DNA of 64,000 bases from an uncultured Acidobacteriota bacterium (GCA_963843575.1 CAWJKZ010000013.1:704001-768000), one strand, 5' to 3'. Positions 9,879 through 22,097 are shown, counted from the first letter of the stretch. Translations and numbers: made by a program. Notes: generated by a model from the letters alone, not told the origin.

Positions 9879-10817
9879 TCAGGTATACAGAAAACAGGCG
9901 ACCTTGTCGCCGTCGCCTCGCGCCTGCAGAGGCGGCGGCGCGGACGAGCAGATGGGCAGCGCCCGCGGGCAGCGGGGCCGGAACAAGCAGCCCGCCGGAG
10001 GCGGCGCCGGGCCGTCAGGCACGGGCGCCGGCGGCGGAAGGCCCGCGCGGCGGCCGGGCAAGCTATCCAGGAGCAGCCTGCTGTAGGGGTGGAGCGGATC
10101 CCGGAACAGTTCCTCGGCCTTCCGCTCCTCGACGACGCGCCCCAGGTACATCACGATGATCCGTTCGCACGCGTAGCGCACGGCCGCCAGGTCGTGCGAG
10201 ATCAGGATCAAGGTGACGCCGAGGCGCCGCCGAATGTCGTCGAGCAGGTTCAGGACTAGGGCCTGCACGGAGGCGTCGAGCGCAGAGACGGGCTCGTCCG
10301 CGATCAAGAGCCTGGGCTGCAGGGCCAAGGCGCGGGCGATCGCCACGCGCTGCTGCTCACCCCCGCTCAGGTCGGCGGGGTACCTCTCCAGGAGAGTGGG
10401 TTCCAGGCCGACTTCGCGCAGCAACGAGGGCAAGCGCGCCTCGCGTTCCGGGCCGGAGGCGATGCGATGCGCCTCAAACGGTTCCAGCAGGATGCGCCGC
10501 ACGGGCATGCGCGGGTCGAGCGAGCCGAATGGGTCCTGGAAGATGATCTGGAATTCGCGCCGCCTGCGTCGCAGCTCCTCCCTGGTCAAAGTCCCGAGGT
10601 CGGTGCCGTCGAACGACACGTGCCCGGACGTCGGTTCGAGCAGGCGCACGGCGCAGCGCGCCAGCGTGCTCTTGCCGCAGCCGGATTCTCCGACGACCCC
10701 CAGCGCGGCTCCCGCGGGCACCTCCAGGCTAACCCCGTCCACGGCACGGACGACACGGCCCCCAACCAGGAAATCCCGGCGCAGCGCGTCGATTTTCAGG
10801 AGTGGGAGTGGAGTCAT
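9879..10817 (-). CDS. Oligopeptide ABC ATP-binding protein (OppF/AppF-like)
   Basis: RAVDGVS, GESGCGKST, QIIFQDP, LSGGEQQR, ADEPVSALD, HPY, GCLFRPRCP...VACF. Confidence 0.92.
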   Translation of the reverse strand: MTPLPLLKIDALRRDFLVGGRVVRAVDGVSLEVPAGAALGVVGESGCGKSTLARCAVRLLEPTSGHVSFDGTDLGTLTREELRRRRREFQIIFQDPFGSLDPRMPVRRILLEPFEAHRIASGPEREARLPSLLREVGLEPTLLERYPADLSGGEQQRVAIARALALQPRLLIADEPVSALDASVQALVLNLLDDIRRRLGVTLILISHDLAAVRYACERIIVMYLGRVVEERKAEELFRDPLHPYSRLLLDSLPGRRAGLPPPAPVPDGPAPPPAGCLFRPRCPRALPICSSAPPPLQARGDGDKVACFLYT

Positions 10818-10841
10818 GTCACCCGCAATCGAATTGCGGGG

Positions 10842-10862
10842 GCGGCGCCTCGGCGCCACCCC
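10842..10862 (-). repeat. 21-bp palindromic repeat, copy 2
   Basis: Reverse complement of 9025-9045, lying in the oppD-oppF gap. Confidence 0.6.
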
Positions 10863-11021
10863 CTTTGGACACAGCGCAAATCCTCGACAGGCCAGCGGAT
10901 GCCAGATGTTGGATTCCGTGTTTCCCCGCGTCGATCCCTGGTTGGTTTTTTCTTCCGGTTGAAGTGCGTATAACGTCCAGGTGTCGAGACGCACCCCAGG
11001 TCCTTTCCTCGGCTTCAGCAG

Positions 11022-12014
11022 TCATTGCCGTCCGGCCTCGAAGCAGGCTACGTCGTGGTCCGGGGACACGGGCTTGGCGGGCGGTTCCCCGGCCAGGCAG
11101 CGCGGCCCCGCGACGGGGCAGCGCGGCGCGAACGCGCACCCGGAAAGTTCGACGGCCGCTCCCGGCGGCGTGCCGGGGATGGGTTCGAGACGCCGGCCGG
11201 GGAGGGTGTCGGCGAGTCCGGGCAACGCCCTCACCAGTCCCTGGGTGTATGGGTGCCGCGGCGCCCCGACGATCTCGCGTGCCGGGCCGATTTCCACGAG
11301 ACGGCCGTGGTACATCACGGCAACGCGGCGGGCGCAATGCGCGACCAGCTCGAGATCGTGGCTGATCAGGAGGATGGTCAGCCCGTCGCCGTTCATTTCC
11401 TGCAGCAGCGCGATGATCTGCGCCCGGACGGTCGGGTCGAGGGCGCTGGTGGCTTCGTCGGCCACCAGCAGGGCCGGCCGGTTGCAAACGGCCAGCGCGA
11501 TTCCCACCCGCTGGCACATGCCGCCCGAGAGCTCGTACGGGTAGCGGCGCATCCAGAACGCGGGATCCGGCAGCCCGACGCGCGCCAGCAGCTCGGCCCC
11601 CCGCTGCAGGGTGCCGCCTCGCGTTCTGTCGCCGTGGGCGCGCAACGCATCGCGCAGCTGCGCGCCGACCGAGAGGACGGGGTTCAGGGAGTTGCGCGGG
11701 TCCTGAAAAACCATCCCGATCGAGGCGCCGCGCAGCGCGCGCCAGGCCCGTTCCTCTCCGGGGACGGGGGTGGGCCGCCCGCAGATTCGGATGAGACCCT
11801 GCTGCAGGGTTCGGCGCGGATCGAGCAATCCGAGCAGGGCGAGGGCGAGGGTAGACTTCCCGCAGCCGGTTTCTCCGACCAGCGCCAGGATGTCTCCGGT
11901 TGCGATCTCGAACGAGACGTCCCGCGCCGCGCGGATCGGGCGCCCGGCGCCACGATAGGACACCGAGAGGCCCCGCACCTCGAGCAGCGGCAGGGCGGGC
12001 GGCTGGTTGATCAC
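11022..12014 (-). CDS. Oligopeptide ABC ATP-binding protein (OppD/AppD-like)
   Basis: GETGCGKST, MVFQDPRNSLNP, YPYELSGGMCQR, ADEATSALD, HPYT, GCAFAPRCP. Confidence 0.92.
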   Translation of the reverse strand: MINQPPALPLLEVRGLSVSYRGAGRPIRAARDVSFEIATGDILALVGETGCGKSTLALALLGLLDPRRTLQQGLIRICGRPTPVPGEERAWRALRGASIGMVFQDPRNSLNPVLSVGAQLRDALRAHGDRTRGGTLQRGAELLARVGLPDPAFWMRRYPYELSGGMCQRVGIALAVCNRPALLVADEATSALDPTVRAQIIALLQEMNGDGLTILLISHDLELVAHCARRVAVMYHGRLVEIGPAREIVGAPRHPYTQGLVRALPGLADTLPGRRLEPIPGTPPGAAVELSGCAFAPRCPVAGPRCLAGEPPAKPVSPDHDVACFEAGRQ

Positions 12015-12108
12015 GGCTCGACGACACCGGGGAGCGACAATGGCCCCCTTTGAAGGAGGTTCACACGGGAACGGGTTGCGCGGGGGAACCGGGTGCCGCG
12101 GCTCGGGT

Positions 12109-13536
<1,428 letters not shown>

Positions 13537-13554
13537 TCAACGCGGGAGGCGTCC

Positions 13555-13896
13555 ATGAAGTTCTCGTCTCGACAGGTTGACGGCGTCGTCATCTTGGACA
13601 TCGAAGGCAAGATCCTGCTCGGTGACGGAGATGTCGAGATCAAGCAGGCGGTGGACGATCTCCTCGCCCGGGGCCAGAAAAAAATCCTCCTGAACCTTGC
13701 GAAGGTGCCTTACATCGACAGCGCAGGGCTCGGCGAGATCATCCGCTGCTTCACCGCCATCAGGAAAAAGGGGGGAAACCTCAAGCTGCTGGCCCCGAAC
13801 CAGAGGTTGATCGACCTCCTGAGCATCACGAAGCTGGTAAACGTGTTCGATTGGTACAACGACGAGTCTTCCGCGGTGACGAGTTTTTCCTCCTGA
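13555..13896 (+). CDS. STAS-domain anti-sigma-factor antagonist
   Basis: ILLNLAKVPYIDSAGLG phosphoacceptor motif; GGAGG RBS. Confidence 0.92.
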   Translation: MKFSSRQVDGVVILDIEGKILLGDGDVEIKQAVDDLLARGQKKILLNLAKVPYIDSAGLGEIIRCFTAIRKKGGNLKLLAPNQRLIDLLSITKLVNVFDWYNDESSAVTSFSS

Positions 13897-13942
13897 TCCT
13901 CCGACTTATCCAGAGCCGAACTGTGCCGCCGGTGATTGCCGA

Positions 13943-15043
13943 ATGTATCGACTGATCGTATCGATGACGCTTGCCCTTGGCTGGCTCGCGGCCGCCTCCT
14001 CCAACGCCGCGGCGGCTCAGGCGCTCGACAGCAGCATCGTTTCGGAGCACGTGCGCATCCGCATCCCGACCGAACGCGCGTGGCTGGGCCGCGACGTCGT
14101 CATGGAGCTCGAGCGCTGCTGGCGCTTCGTCAATCCCGCGACCGGGGAGAGCCTCCCCCGCCGCCTGCTGGTCGCCGTCGATTGGGAGGGGAGCGTGAGC
14201 TCGGCCAGCCCGCGGGACGGCACCATCACGGTGGGGCTCAACCAGCCCGCAGCCGCCCCCGACGTCCGGGCATTCCTCGTGCGTGAGTCCGCCCGGGAGA
14301 TGGCACGCCTCGGATTGCTGAATCTCGCGCGCCAGGCTGCCCCGGTCGAACGGACCGCCTTCCTCTTCCAGGGAATGGCAGAGCTGCTCGGGCGCGAATT
14401 CAACCATTCCACCCGCGGACTCGGCAGCGCCTGGGTCCTGGCTCACCTGCTCGACCGTATGAAACTGCTGGGAATCTCCGCCCAGTCCTCCTGGGACGCG
14501 TTCTCCGAAGGGCGCAACGACCTGCGCGCCGCGGCACCCGGGGTCACCTTCCTGATGACTTGTCGCGAAACCTACGGCCGGGAGAAGATCCTGAAACTGT
14601 TCGAAGGGCTGCGCAAAGGGAACCTGGAGGAGAGCGTCTCCTCGACTTTTCGGACCTCTTTGGCCGCCCTGGAAGTCGCGTGGCTGAAAAAAGTCCGCGA
14701 GCTGCCCCAGTGGAGCGACGTGACGATCACCTCGGATGAGGATGCGCCGGTGCTCGAAAAGTCCGAGCTCCCGCGGCCGTCGCGCCCCGGCGAGACCCTG
14801 CAACTTCGCGTCTACCTCCGCGACCGAACGCGCGACTTGTTGCCGAGCGGGATTTTCGCCATCGCGTCCAACTCCGGGGCCGTGGCGCAAGCGCAACCGG
14901 GACCGGCCGGCGCCCCATACGTTGCGATCGACTTGGGGATTGAAAAGGAACGTCGCGCCGGCAGCTACGGCTACCGGCTGACCGCCGTGGACGAGTCCGG
15001 GAATATCAGGAACTGGGACGGGAGCTACTCGGTCGGGCCCTGA
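13943..15043 (+). CDS. Secreted protein, peptidase-MA/gluzincin-like fold with degenerate zinc motif and Ig-like C-terminus
   Basis: Signal peptide; AREMAR at the HExxH position, FLFQGMAE at the WxxEG position; ends LTAVDESGN. Confidence 0.6.
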   Translation: MYRLIVSMTLALGWLAAASSNAAAAQALDSSIVSEHVRIRIPTERAWLGRDVVMELERCWRFVNPATGESLPRRLLVAVDWEGSVSSASPRDGTITVGLNQPAAAPDVRAFLVRESAREMARLGLLNLARQAAPVERTAFLFQGMAELLGREFNHSTRGLGSAWVLAHLLDRMKLLGISAQSSWDAFSEGRNDLRAAAPGVTFLMTCRETYGREKILKLFEGLRKGNLEESVSSTFRTSLAALEVAWLKKVRELPQWSDVTITSDEDAPVLEKSELPRPSRPGETLQLRVYLRDRTRDLLPSGIFAIASNSGAVAQAQPGPAGAPYVAIDLGIEKERRAGSYGYRLTAVDESGNIRNWDGSYSVGP

Positions 15044-15112
15044 CGGGTGCCGCGCAATTCTTTGCCAGGACCCACACTCGGCAACGGCTTTCTCTACGAA
15101 GCTCAGGACGGG

Positions 15113-16066
15113 TCAGCGTTTCTTCAGTTCCTGCACCCGGGCGACAGCCTCTTTCAAACCGGGCGAGGGATTGAGCTCCGAAGCCTTCTGGTAGGCGTTC
15201 AGGGAGAGGTCCCACTTCTTCTGTTTTTCGTAAACCAGACCCAGCCGCTGAAAGACCTCCGCGCTGCGAGGCATCAATTCGAGCGCTTGGTTCAACGCCC
15301 TCTCGGCCTCGCCGTAGTTTTTCTGGAACAGATAAGCTTCCGCCAGGTTGTAATGGACGAAGCCGTCGCGCGCGTTATAGTCGCGGGCCTTCTTGAGATA
15401 CTCCACCGCCTGGTCGTACTGTTTCGCCGACAGCGCAGAGATCCCCCGCTTGAAATACGACTTGCCGAGGTACTCGGCGGTGGCTGAGTGACCGGGCTTC
15501 ATCGCCAGCGCCCTCGTCAACGCCTGCGCGGCGTCCTCCTGCCGGTTCAGGTTGTAGTAGGCGATGCCGAGCTGGGAGAAATCGGTCCAATCCGCCGCAG
15601 AGATCCGTATCGCGGCGGTCAGGTCGGTTGCGGCGTTCTGCCACCGTTCGGACTGGTATTCGGCCGAACCGCGCAGATGGTACAGCTTGTACTTCTCCCG
15701 GTCCCCCTCTTTGGCTGCGAGGGTTTCCCCCTGGTTGAGCGCCTGCACGGCCTGCTCGTATTTCTGCATGTTGAAGTAGGCCTGACCCAGCCCCAGGTAG
15801 GTGGAGAAGGCAGTTGATTTCAGTTGCGCCGCGCGCGTGAGCGAGGAGATGGCGAGGGCGTTGTTTTTCAGGTTGAGGTAACTGAGGCCGACCAGCCGGT
15901 GACCGAATTCCCAGTCGGGGCTCTGGTCGAGGTCAGGCTTGAGCTCCTGGATGGCCTTGTCGAAGCGCCCCTGGTTGTAATACATGACCGCCTGTTTGTA
16001 GTCGGCTTGCGCGGGTGCCGCAGACAGGACGGCCAGCAGCGGCACCGCGGCAACCCACTTGTTCAT
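15113..16066 (-). CDS. Secreted TPR-repeat protein
   Basis: Signal peptide MNKWVAAVPLL..AQA; repeated YLGLGQAYF / LGIAYY / LGLVY TPR motifs; overlaps the exbD stop. Confidence 0.9.
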   Translation of the reverse strand: MNKWVAAVPLLAVLSAAPAQADYKQAVMYYNQGRFDKAIQELKPDLDQSPDWEFGHRLVGLSYLNLKNNALAISSLTRAAQLKSTAFSTYLGLGQAYFNMQKYEQAVQALNQGETLAAKEGDREKYKLYHLRGSAEYQSERWQNAATDLTAAIRISAADWTDFSQLGIAYYNLNRQEDAAQALTRALAMKPGHSATAEYLGKSYFKRGISALSAKQYDQAVEYLKKARDYNARDGFVHYNLAEAYLFQKNYGEAERALNQALELMPRSAEVFQRLGLVYEKQKKWDLSLNAYQKASELNPSPGLKEAVARVQELKKR

Positions 16067-16512
16067 CGGGCAACCCCTCCCACCCCGCCGGAAAACCCCG
16101 ACCACATCGCGACCTCGGCATTGGTAGGGATCGAGACGTTTTCCACCTTCAACTGCTTGCACATGTCGAGCACATCGACCGTCGCGAAGTAGGGCACATT
16201 GGGGTCCGTTTGGACGATCACCGGTTTCTTCGGGTTCTGTTTGAGCTTCGCGTCGATGTAGCCCGCCATCTGCGGCAGGGTTGCCGGCTTGCGGTCGATA
16301 GTGTACTGGCCGGGGCCCATGATGTGAATGTGCATGGATTCGAGCGGCTGCACGTTCACGATGTCTTCGTTCTTGGGCAGCCCGTACTCGAGGCCGAAAT
16401 TGCTGCTGTACACCGAAGTCAGCATGAAAAAGATGATGAGCAGGAATGCGATGTCCGCCATCGATGCGGTCGGTATTTCGGCGGGTACCTTGTTGCGAAT
16501 CTGGATCGCCAT
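16063..16512 (-). CDS. exbD: ExbD/TolR family protein
   Basis: EIPTASMADIAFLLIIFFMLT TM with conserved Asp; VIVQTDPNVPY. Confidence 0.88.
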   Translation of the reverse strand: MAIQIRNKVPAEIPTASMADIAFLLIIFFMLTSVYSSNFGLEYGLPKNEDIVNVQPLESMHIHIMGPGQYTIDRKPATLPQMAGYIDAKLKQNPKKPVIVQTDPNVPYFATVDVLDMCKQLKVENVSIPTNAEVAMWSGFSGGVGGVAR

Positions 16513-16526
16513 CTCGGGACTCTCTG

Positions 16527-16955
16527 TTACTGGGCCGTGTTCTGCTTCGCCTCGGTCAGAAGCGCTATGCGCCGGCAGTTGTTCGCGCGCAGTTTTTCGT
16601 ACACCGCGTTGAACAGGTCATAGCGCACGTTCTTGTCGGCCTTGATGATGAACTGTTTTGTCGGATCGGAACTGACGACTTCCTTCACGAACAGGTCCAG
16701 CTCATCGAGCGTGTTGAGCTTCGTGCCGGGCTGGATGCCGTTTGAAATCTCCATGTCGCCGTTGGGGGCCACCGCGATGATGGCCGCATCCTTCTCCACT
16801 TCTTCCCGGTTTGCCGCTTCAGCCAGGTCGACGGACATCTTGACCGGGCTGAACGACGTGGTGAGCATGAAGAATATGATGAGCAGGAAGGCGATGTCCG
16901 CCATCGATGCCGTCGGGATGACGGCGGTCACCTTGTTGACGCGCAGATGCTTCAT
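16527..16955 (-). CDS. exbD: ExbD/TolR family protein
   Basis: IPTASMADIAFLLIIFFMLTTSF; IIKADKNVRY. Confidence 0.88.
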   Translation of the reverse strand: MKHLRVNKVTAVIPTASMADIAFLLIIFFMLTTSFSPVKMSVDLAEAANREEVEKDAAIIAVAPNGDMEISNGIQPGTKLNTLDELDLFVKEVVSSDPTKQFIIKADKNVRYDLFNAVYEKLRANNCRRIALLTEAKQNTAQ

Positions 16956-17647
16956 GAAACCACCTGCGGCTGGGGCACCGGGGTCGCGACGGGCGCGCTC
17001 GGCGCAGCACCAGGGTGGTCCTCCAGCTCATTGAAAGTTTCCAGCAGCATGGCGGAGCTGGTTTCCATGTCGAGCGCAAAATTGGTGATGCGGCTGGTGA
17101 AATAGTTGTAGGCCGCTTGCACCGGCAGTGCGATGAACAAGCCGTAAGCGGTCGTAATGAGCGCTTCGGAAATACCGGCCGCGACGAGCTTGGGGTTCCC
17201 CAGTCCGGCTTCCGCCAGTACCGCGAAGGACTTGATCATCCCCGTTACCGTTCCGAGGAACCCAAACAGCGGGGCGATGTTGGCGACGGTGGCGAGAACC
17301 CAGAGTCCCCTCTCCAGTTTGGAAATCTCGTGCAACGCCACGCTCTCCATCGCCTTCTCGATGTCGCTGACAGGCTTCCCGAACCGGAGGAGGCCGGCAC
17401 GCAATGTATCGGATATGGGGCTCGGGTTCTGGTCGCACACCTCGATTGCGCCCTTCAAGTCGCGGCGAACGAGGGCGGCACGCACGGCCCCGAATACCTG
17501 GGCTGTGTTGACCTTGATCCGATGCAAAACAATGGCGCGCTCGATGATCACGATGAGCCCCACGATCGAACAAATCAGCATGGGGTGCATCGTTACACCG
17601 CCCCTGACGTAATAGTCGACCAAGCTGCCTGCGATTGAGCTTGACAA
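16952..17647 (-). CDS. exbB: ExbB/TolQ/MotA proton channel
   Basis: LATVANIAPLFGFLGTVTGMI, GISEALITTAYGL; TTG start after AGGGGG. Confidence 0.92.
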   Translation of the reverse strand: MSSSIAGSLVDYYVRGGVTMHPMLICSIVGLIVIIERAIVLHRIKVNTAQVFGAVRAALVRRDLKGAIEVCDQNPSPISDTLRAGLLRFGKPVSDIEKAMESVALHEISKLERGLWVLATVANIAPLFGFLGTVTGMIKSFAVLAEAGLGNPKLVAAGISEALITTAYGLFIALPVQAAYNYFTSRITNFALDMETSSAMLLETFNELEDHPGAAPSAPVATPVPQPQVVS

Positions 17648-17782
17648 TTCTCGTCTTCCCCCTGTGATAGATTCCGTTTGCCGCCTTGGTACTAGATCCC
17701 GGGAACCCCTGAAGGTTTCAGCAGAAAATAGCCAGAAGGGGTTTTTTCGAGGAGCCCCCCCTTGGACGGAAACCCTCTCTAG

Positions 17783-17811
17783 AATCTAGCGACAACGATG
17801 CGGCAAGTCAA
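17783..17811 (-). promoter_or_regulatory. Sigma70-type promoter for exbB operon
   Basis: Minus strand TTGACT-N17-TAGATT. Confidence 0.6.
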
Positions 17812-17872
17812 GGTAACACGCTTGAAGGCTGGAGGTTATTGGCGTCCAAGGACGAGCGGGAGCGATGGGCGG

Positions 17873-19255
17873 TCAGCGGTTTTTGATCTTGAGCCGCTTC
17901 AGCTTCTCGCTGAGGGTGGTGGCGTTTACACCCAGCAATTGCGCGGCCTTTTTCTGATTCCAGTCGGTATTGTCCAGGGCTGCCAGTATGAGGCTCCGCT
18001 CGAAGTTGCCGACCCGCTCCTTGAGGGGGAGGCCGTCTCCGGGCATGCGGCCCTGGGCTGCCGCCGACGTGGTCGGCAGCGTGAGGTTCCTCGGGAAGAG
18101 GTCGGCGCTGATCGTGCTCTCGGGCGCCAGCACGACGGCCCGCTCCATGACATTCTCAAGCTCGCGCACGTTGCCCGGCCAGTCGTAATCCATGAGGACT
18201 TTCAGGGCCGCCGGTTCGAGGGTGCAGCGCTCGCGGTCGTTTTCCTCGCAATATTTCCTGATGAAATGTTCCGCCAGCAGCGGGATGTCTTCCGCGCGCT
18301 CGCGCAGCGCCGGGAGCTTGATGACGATGACATTGAGCCTGTAATAAAGATCGTCGCGGAAAGTACCGGCCTGCACCGCCGCCTGCAGGTCGGTATTGGT
18401 GGCGGCGACAATGCGCACGTCGATCTTGATGTTTTCCAGGCCCCCGAGCCGTCGGAACTCCCGTTCCTGGATGACGCGCAGGAGTTTGGCCTGCATCTCC
18501 ATCGAGATGGTAGCGACCTCGTCCAGGAACAGTGTGCCGCCGTCGGCGACCTCGAAGAGCCCTTTTTTCGAGCTCGTCGCGCCCGTGTAGGCGCCGCGGA
18601 CATGTCCGAAGATCTCGCTCTCGAGGAGGTCCGACGGGATGTTGCCGCAGTTGATCGCGACGAAGGGGGCCTCAGACCGGCTGCCGCTGGATGAGTGGAT
18701 CGCCTTGGCCACCAGTTCCTTGCCGGTGCCGCTCTCCCCCTGCAGCAGGATCGTGCTCCGCCGCGGCGCCACCTGGGTGATCAGATCGTAGATCTGCTGC
18801 ATGGCGGCGCTCTTCCCGATGATGTTCCTGAAGCTGTAGCGTTGCTTCAGTGACTCCTTGAGCCGGATGTTTTCTTCCCGCAGACGGCGGTTTTCGGCCG
18901 CGTTTTTGACCGCCAGCACGATCTCGTCGTTCTTAAACGGCTTGGTGATGAAATCAAAGGCGCCGAGCTTGGTGGCCTTGACGGCCTTCTCGATCGAACC
19001 GAACGCCGTGAGGATCACGGTCACCGGGCTGGGTTCCAGCTTGGCGAACTCCTCGAGCACCTGCAGCCCGTCCATGTCGGGCATCATCAGGTCGAGGAGC
19101 ACGACGGTGTACTCACTGTCGCGGACAAGCTCCAGGGCCTCGGAACCGTTCTGTGCCAGGTCGACCGCGTAGTCCTCGGCGGCCAGCAGGGTCGACAGGA
19201 CATCCCTGATGATCTCTTCGTCGTCGACTACCAGGATCTTTCCGTTGCTGGTCAT
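17873..19255 (-). CDS. NtrC-family sigma-54 response regulator
   Basis: Receiver (VVDDE, LLDLMMP), GESGTGKE, ESEIFGHVRGAYTGA, WPGNVRELEN, C-terminal Fis HTH. Confidence 0.96.
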   Translation of the reverse strand: MTSNGKILVVDDEEIIRDVLSTLLAAEDYAVDLAQNGSEALELVRDSEYTVVLLDLMMPDMDGLQVLEEFAKLEPSPVTVILTAFGSIEKAVKATKLGAFDFITKPFKNDEIVLAVKNAAENRRLREENIRLKESLKQRYSFRNIIGKSAAMQQIYDLITQVAPRRSTILLQGESGTGKELVAKAIHSSSGSRSEAPFVAINCGNIPSDLLESEIFGHVRGAYTGATSSKKGLFEVADGGTLFLDEVATISMEMQAKLLRVIQEREFRRLGGLENIKIDVRIVAATNTDLQAAVQAGTFRDDLYYRLNVIVIKLPALRERAEDIPLLAEHFIRKYCEENDRERCTLEPAALKVLMDYDWPGNVRELENVMERAVVLAPESTISADLFPRNLTLPTTSAAAQGRMPGDGLPLKERVGNFERSLILAALDNTDWNQKKAAQLLGVNATTLSEKLKRLKIKNR

Positions 19256-22097
19256 TGTGAGGCGTGTCGGGTCGGCAGCTTGAGCCTGAAGTGAGTCCCC
19301 TGTCCGGGAGTGCTGTCGACGAAGATCCGTCCGCCGTGCTCCTGGATGATCCCGTAGGTGACCGCCAGGCCGAGCCCCGTGCCCTTTCCGGTGCTCTTGG
19401 TCGTGAAGAACGGGTCGTAGATCTTCTTGATGTTTTCCTCGGAGATGCCGGCCCCCGTGTCCCGGATGTCGACGACGACCATCGTGTCGTTCATCGAGGT
19501 CCGGACGACCAGGTTGCCGCCGGAGGTCATCGCGTCGCGGGCGTTCAGGAAGAGGTTGATAAACACCTGCTGCAGTTTACCGCTGTTGCCGTACACGGGC
19601 GGGATAGCGTCGTCCAGATACTCGTCGACTTCGGACGTTGCACTGCTTCAGCTGGTGGTCGAGCAGCGACAGGCTTTCCTGGATCAGCCGGTTCAGGTCG
19701 AGGTCCTTGAACTCGCTGCCGTTCAGGCGGGCGAAGTTCAGCAGCCCGTTCACGATTTCCGCGGCGCGGAACGTCTGCTTCTCGATCTTTTCCAGGATCG
19801 GTTTGCGGACGTCGGATTCCGGGGTCTGCTTCAGCAGCATCTGGGTGTAGCTCGAGATTCCCGTGATCGGCGTGTTGACCTCGTGCGCGATGCCCTGCCG
19901 CCAGCAGACCTATCGAGGAGAGCTTCTCGACCTGCATCAGCTGGTCCTCGAGCCGGACCTTGGCGCGTGATGTCGTCCATGACGATCAGGCAGCCGGAGT
20001 TCAGGTCCACCGAGTCGAGCAGCGGGATGATGCTCAGGTTGACGATCAGCTTCTCGCCGCTGCCGGTTTTCCAGGAACAGCTTGAAGATATTCGCGGCCG
20101 ATTTCAGATCCCAGCCGCTGCTGCCGGACGCGTTGTGCATCGACTCGATGACGTCGGGCGCCAGCAGCGTATCGACTGCCCATGCCGCGCACCTGGTCGC
20201 GCCGGACACGATAGAGCTCTTCGAAGGCCCGGTTGCAGGAGGTGACGTTTCCGTTCAGATCCAGGGCCAGCACGGCGACGTTGATGCTCTCGATGATGTT
20301 TTCGGTGTAGATCTTCAGCCGCTCCAGTTCGTGCGCCTTCGTCTCGACCGAGCGGTAGAGGTTGGCGTTTTCCAGCGCGATCGCGGCGTATCCCGACAGC
20401 GCCGATAGCAGATCGACGTCTTCGCTGGAAAAGTGCTTGTCCCCCGGCAGTTGGCCGAGCGCGATGATCCCGATGCGTCGGCCCCGCAGCTTCAGGTCCT
20501 GGGCATACTGCAGGCCCGAGGCCTGCCAGCCCGGGACTGACCGGTGCAGCCTGTTCCCGGGCTCCACCTCGAGCGGATTTCGTGGCGGTGCGCGGGTCCA
20601 GCAAGTCTTCTTCGCGATACAGGGGATCGCCGCTCTTCGGGGATCTCGAGCCCCAGCGCGTCGGCGAGGCGGAAGAAGCCGGGGTGAACCGGGTCGGTCA
20701 GGAACATCGCGGCCTTGCGAACCTGAAATGTCTTCGAGACCCGGTCCAGAATGCTGCGCGTGAGGCGGCCCAGGCTGATCTTCGCTGCTCAGCGTGCGCG
20801 CAAACTCGAGCAGGCTCGACCGGTCGTCGAACTGGTCCTTGTAGAACGAGCGGTCCAAACGGTGCTGCACCTTGTTGCGCAGCGGCGCAAACAGCAGCGC
20901 GATGCCGAGTGCCGCGACGCAGATCGACGACGAAATTCGCTTCCGGCGCCGCGTACTGAAGGCGCACGCCCGACGACCAGGACGAAGAAGAGATAGCACC
21001 GCCAGCAGACCGTGCTGGCAATGAAGTAGGCCGCGCCCCCGCGGACAATGACTTCGACGTCGAGCAGACGGTAGCGGACTGATCGCATACGCGAAACTGA
21101 GCGGGATGATGCCGAGGAAGAGCAGCGATGCTTCCATGGCAAAGGTCGGGCGCACGCCCAGAAAGCCACGGCAGTGCGTAAATCAGGCTGAACGGCACCA
21201 CGCCCGCCAGCGTTCCGTAACTCACCCACTTCATCTGTTGGCCGGATCGTGAACTCACGGGACCGTGCCCGACGAATCAGCAGCAGCACGCCACCCGACG
21301 ATGAAGCCGGCGCAGAAGTAGACCAGCTCGATCCGGTCGAGGACCATGCTGGCGTTCGCCGTACGCGGCAGTCCGAAGTTTGCGAGGCGGCCGGTCATCC
21401 ACAGCGACTGCAGAGGCCGAGCGCCAGCGCCGGCATGTAGATCGAGCGGAGCCCGGCTGCGCCCTCGGGCCGAATCGATCGGGAACCGCATGCAGAAGTG
21501 AACGAAAAGCGCAGGAAGCAGCAGGAAAGCGGCGAGCGAAAGACCGTAGACGGTCCAGTCGAAGGCTTCAAGGCGCGGAGTGTAGCTGTAGAGGTAGACG
21601 ACAAAGGCCGCGACCGAGATGAGGTAGAAGTGAAATGCTCGAGGCAGCCCGAAGCCGCGCAGGCCGGACGAAAAGCTCCGATACCGAGGTGCAGGAATGC
21701 GAGAATGGTGCGCAGCCCGTCCCGCGGGGCGAGCAGGAAGTTCTTCGCGGCCAGCTGCAAGGCTACCGTTCTTTGCCCCGAGCGAGCCGGCAATCTCGTA
21801 GGTCACGGAGGCGTTGGGGCCCGAGGCTGTCGAGAACGTCGAAGTACTGTCTGAGATTGGCCGTCCGCGCCCGTTGATCGACAACAGCCGGTCGCCGACC
21901 TGGATTCCAGCCGCTTCCCGGGCCGCCCGCGCTACACTCGTCGCGACAAGCCCGGCCTCGCCGTCGACCCAGTAGACGCCGTCGGTCGGATCTACCCACT
22001 CCGCCCGGTCCCGCACATTCAGGATGCCCACGGCCAACAGCACTGCCGTCAGCAGAACCGTAGCAATGATCTTGAACGGGACAGGAAATGAGTTCAT
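19252..22097 (-). CDS. Membrane sensor histidine kinase (PDZ-like, multi-TM, GAF, PAS, HisKA/HATPase); many frameshifts
   Basis: AGIQVGDRLLSING; AAIALENANLY; NIIESINVAVL; EKLSSIGLLAAG; QQVFINLFLNARDA; DPFFTTK..GTGLGL pieced from successive frames. Confidence 0.88.

Noticed and set aside
13906-13915. DnaA-box-like TTATCCAGA
   Set aside because: Single mismatched copy with no cluster or AT-rich unwinding element.
14294-14308. His-to-Arg changes as RNA editing or recoding signal
   Set aside because: Codons include CGG, and the other replacements (Asp, Asn, Gln, Ser) do not fit a single edit type. His codons are normal in neighbouring enzymes.
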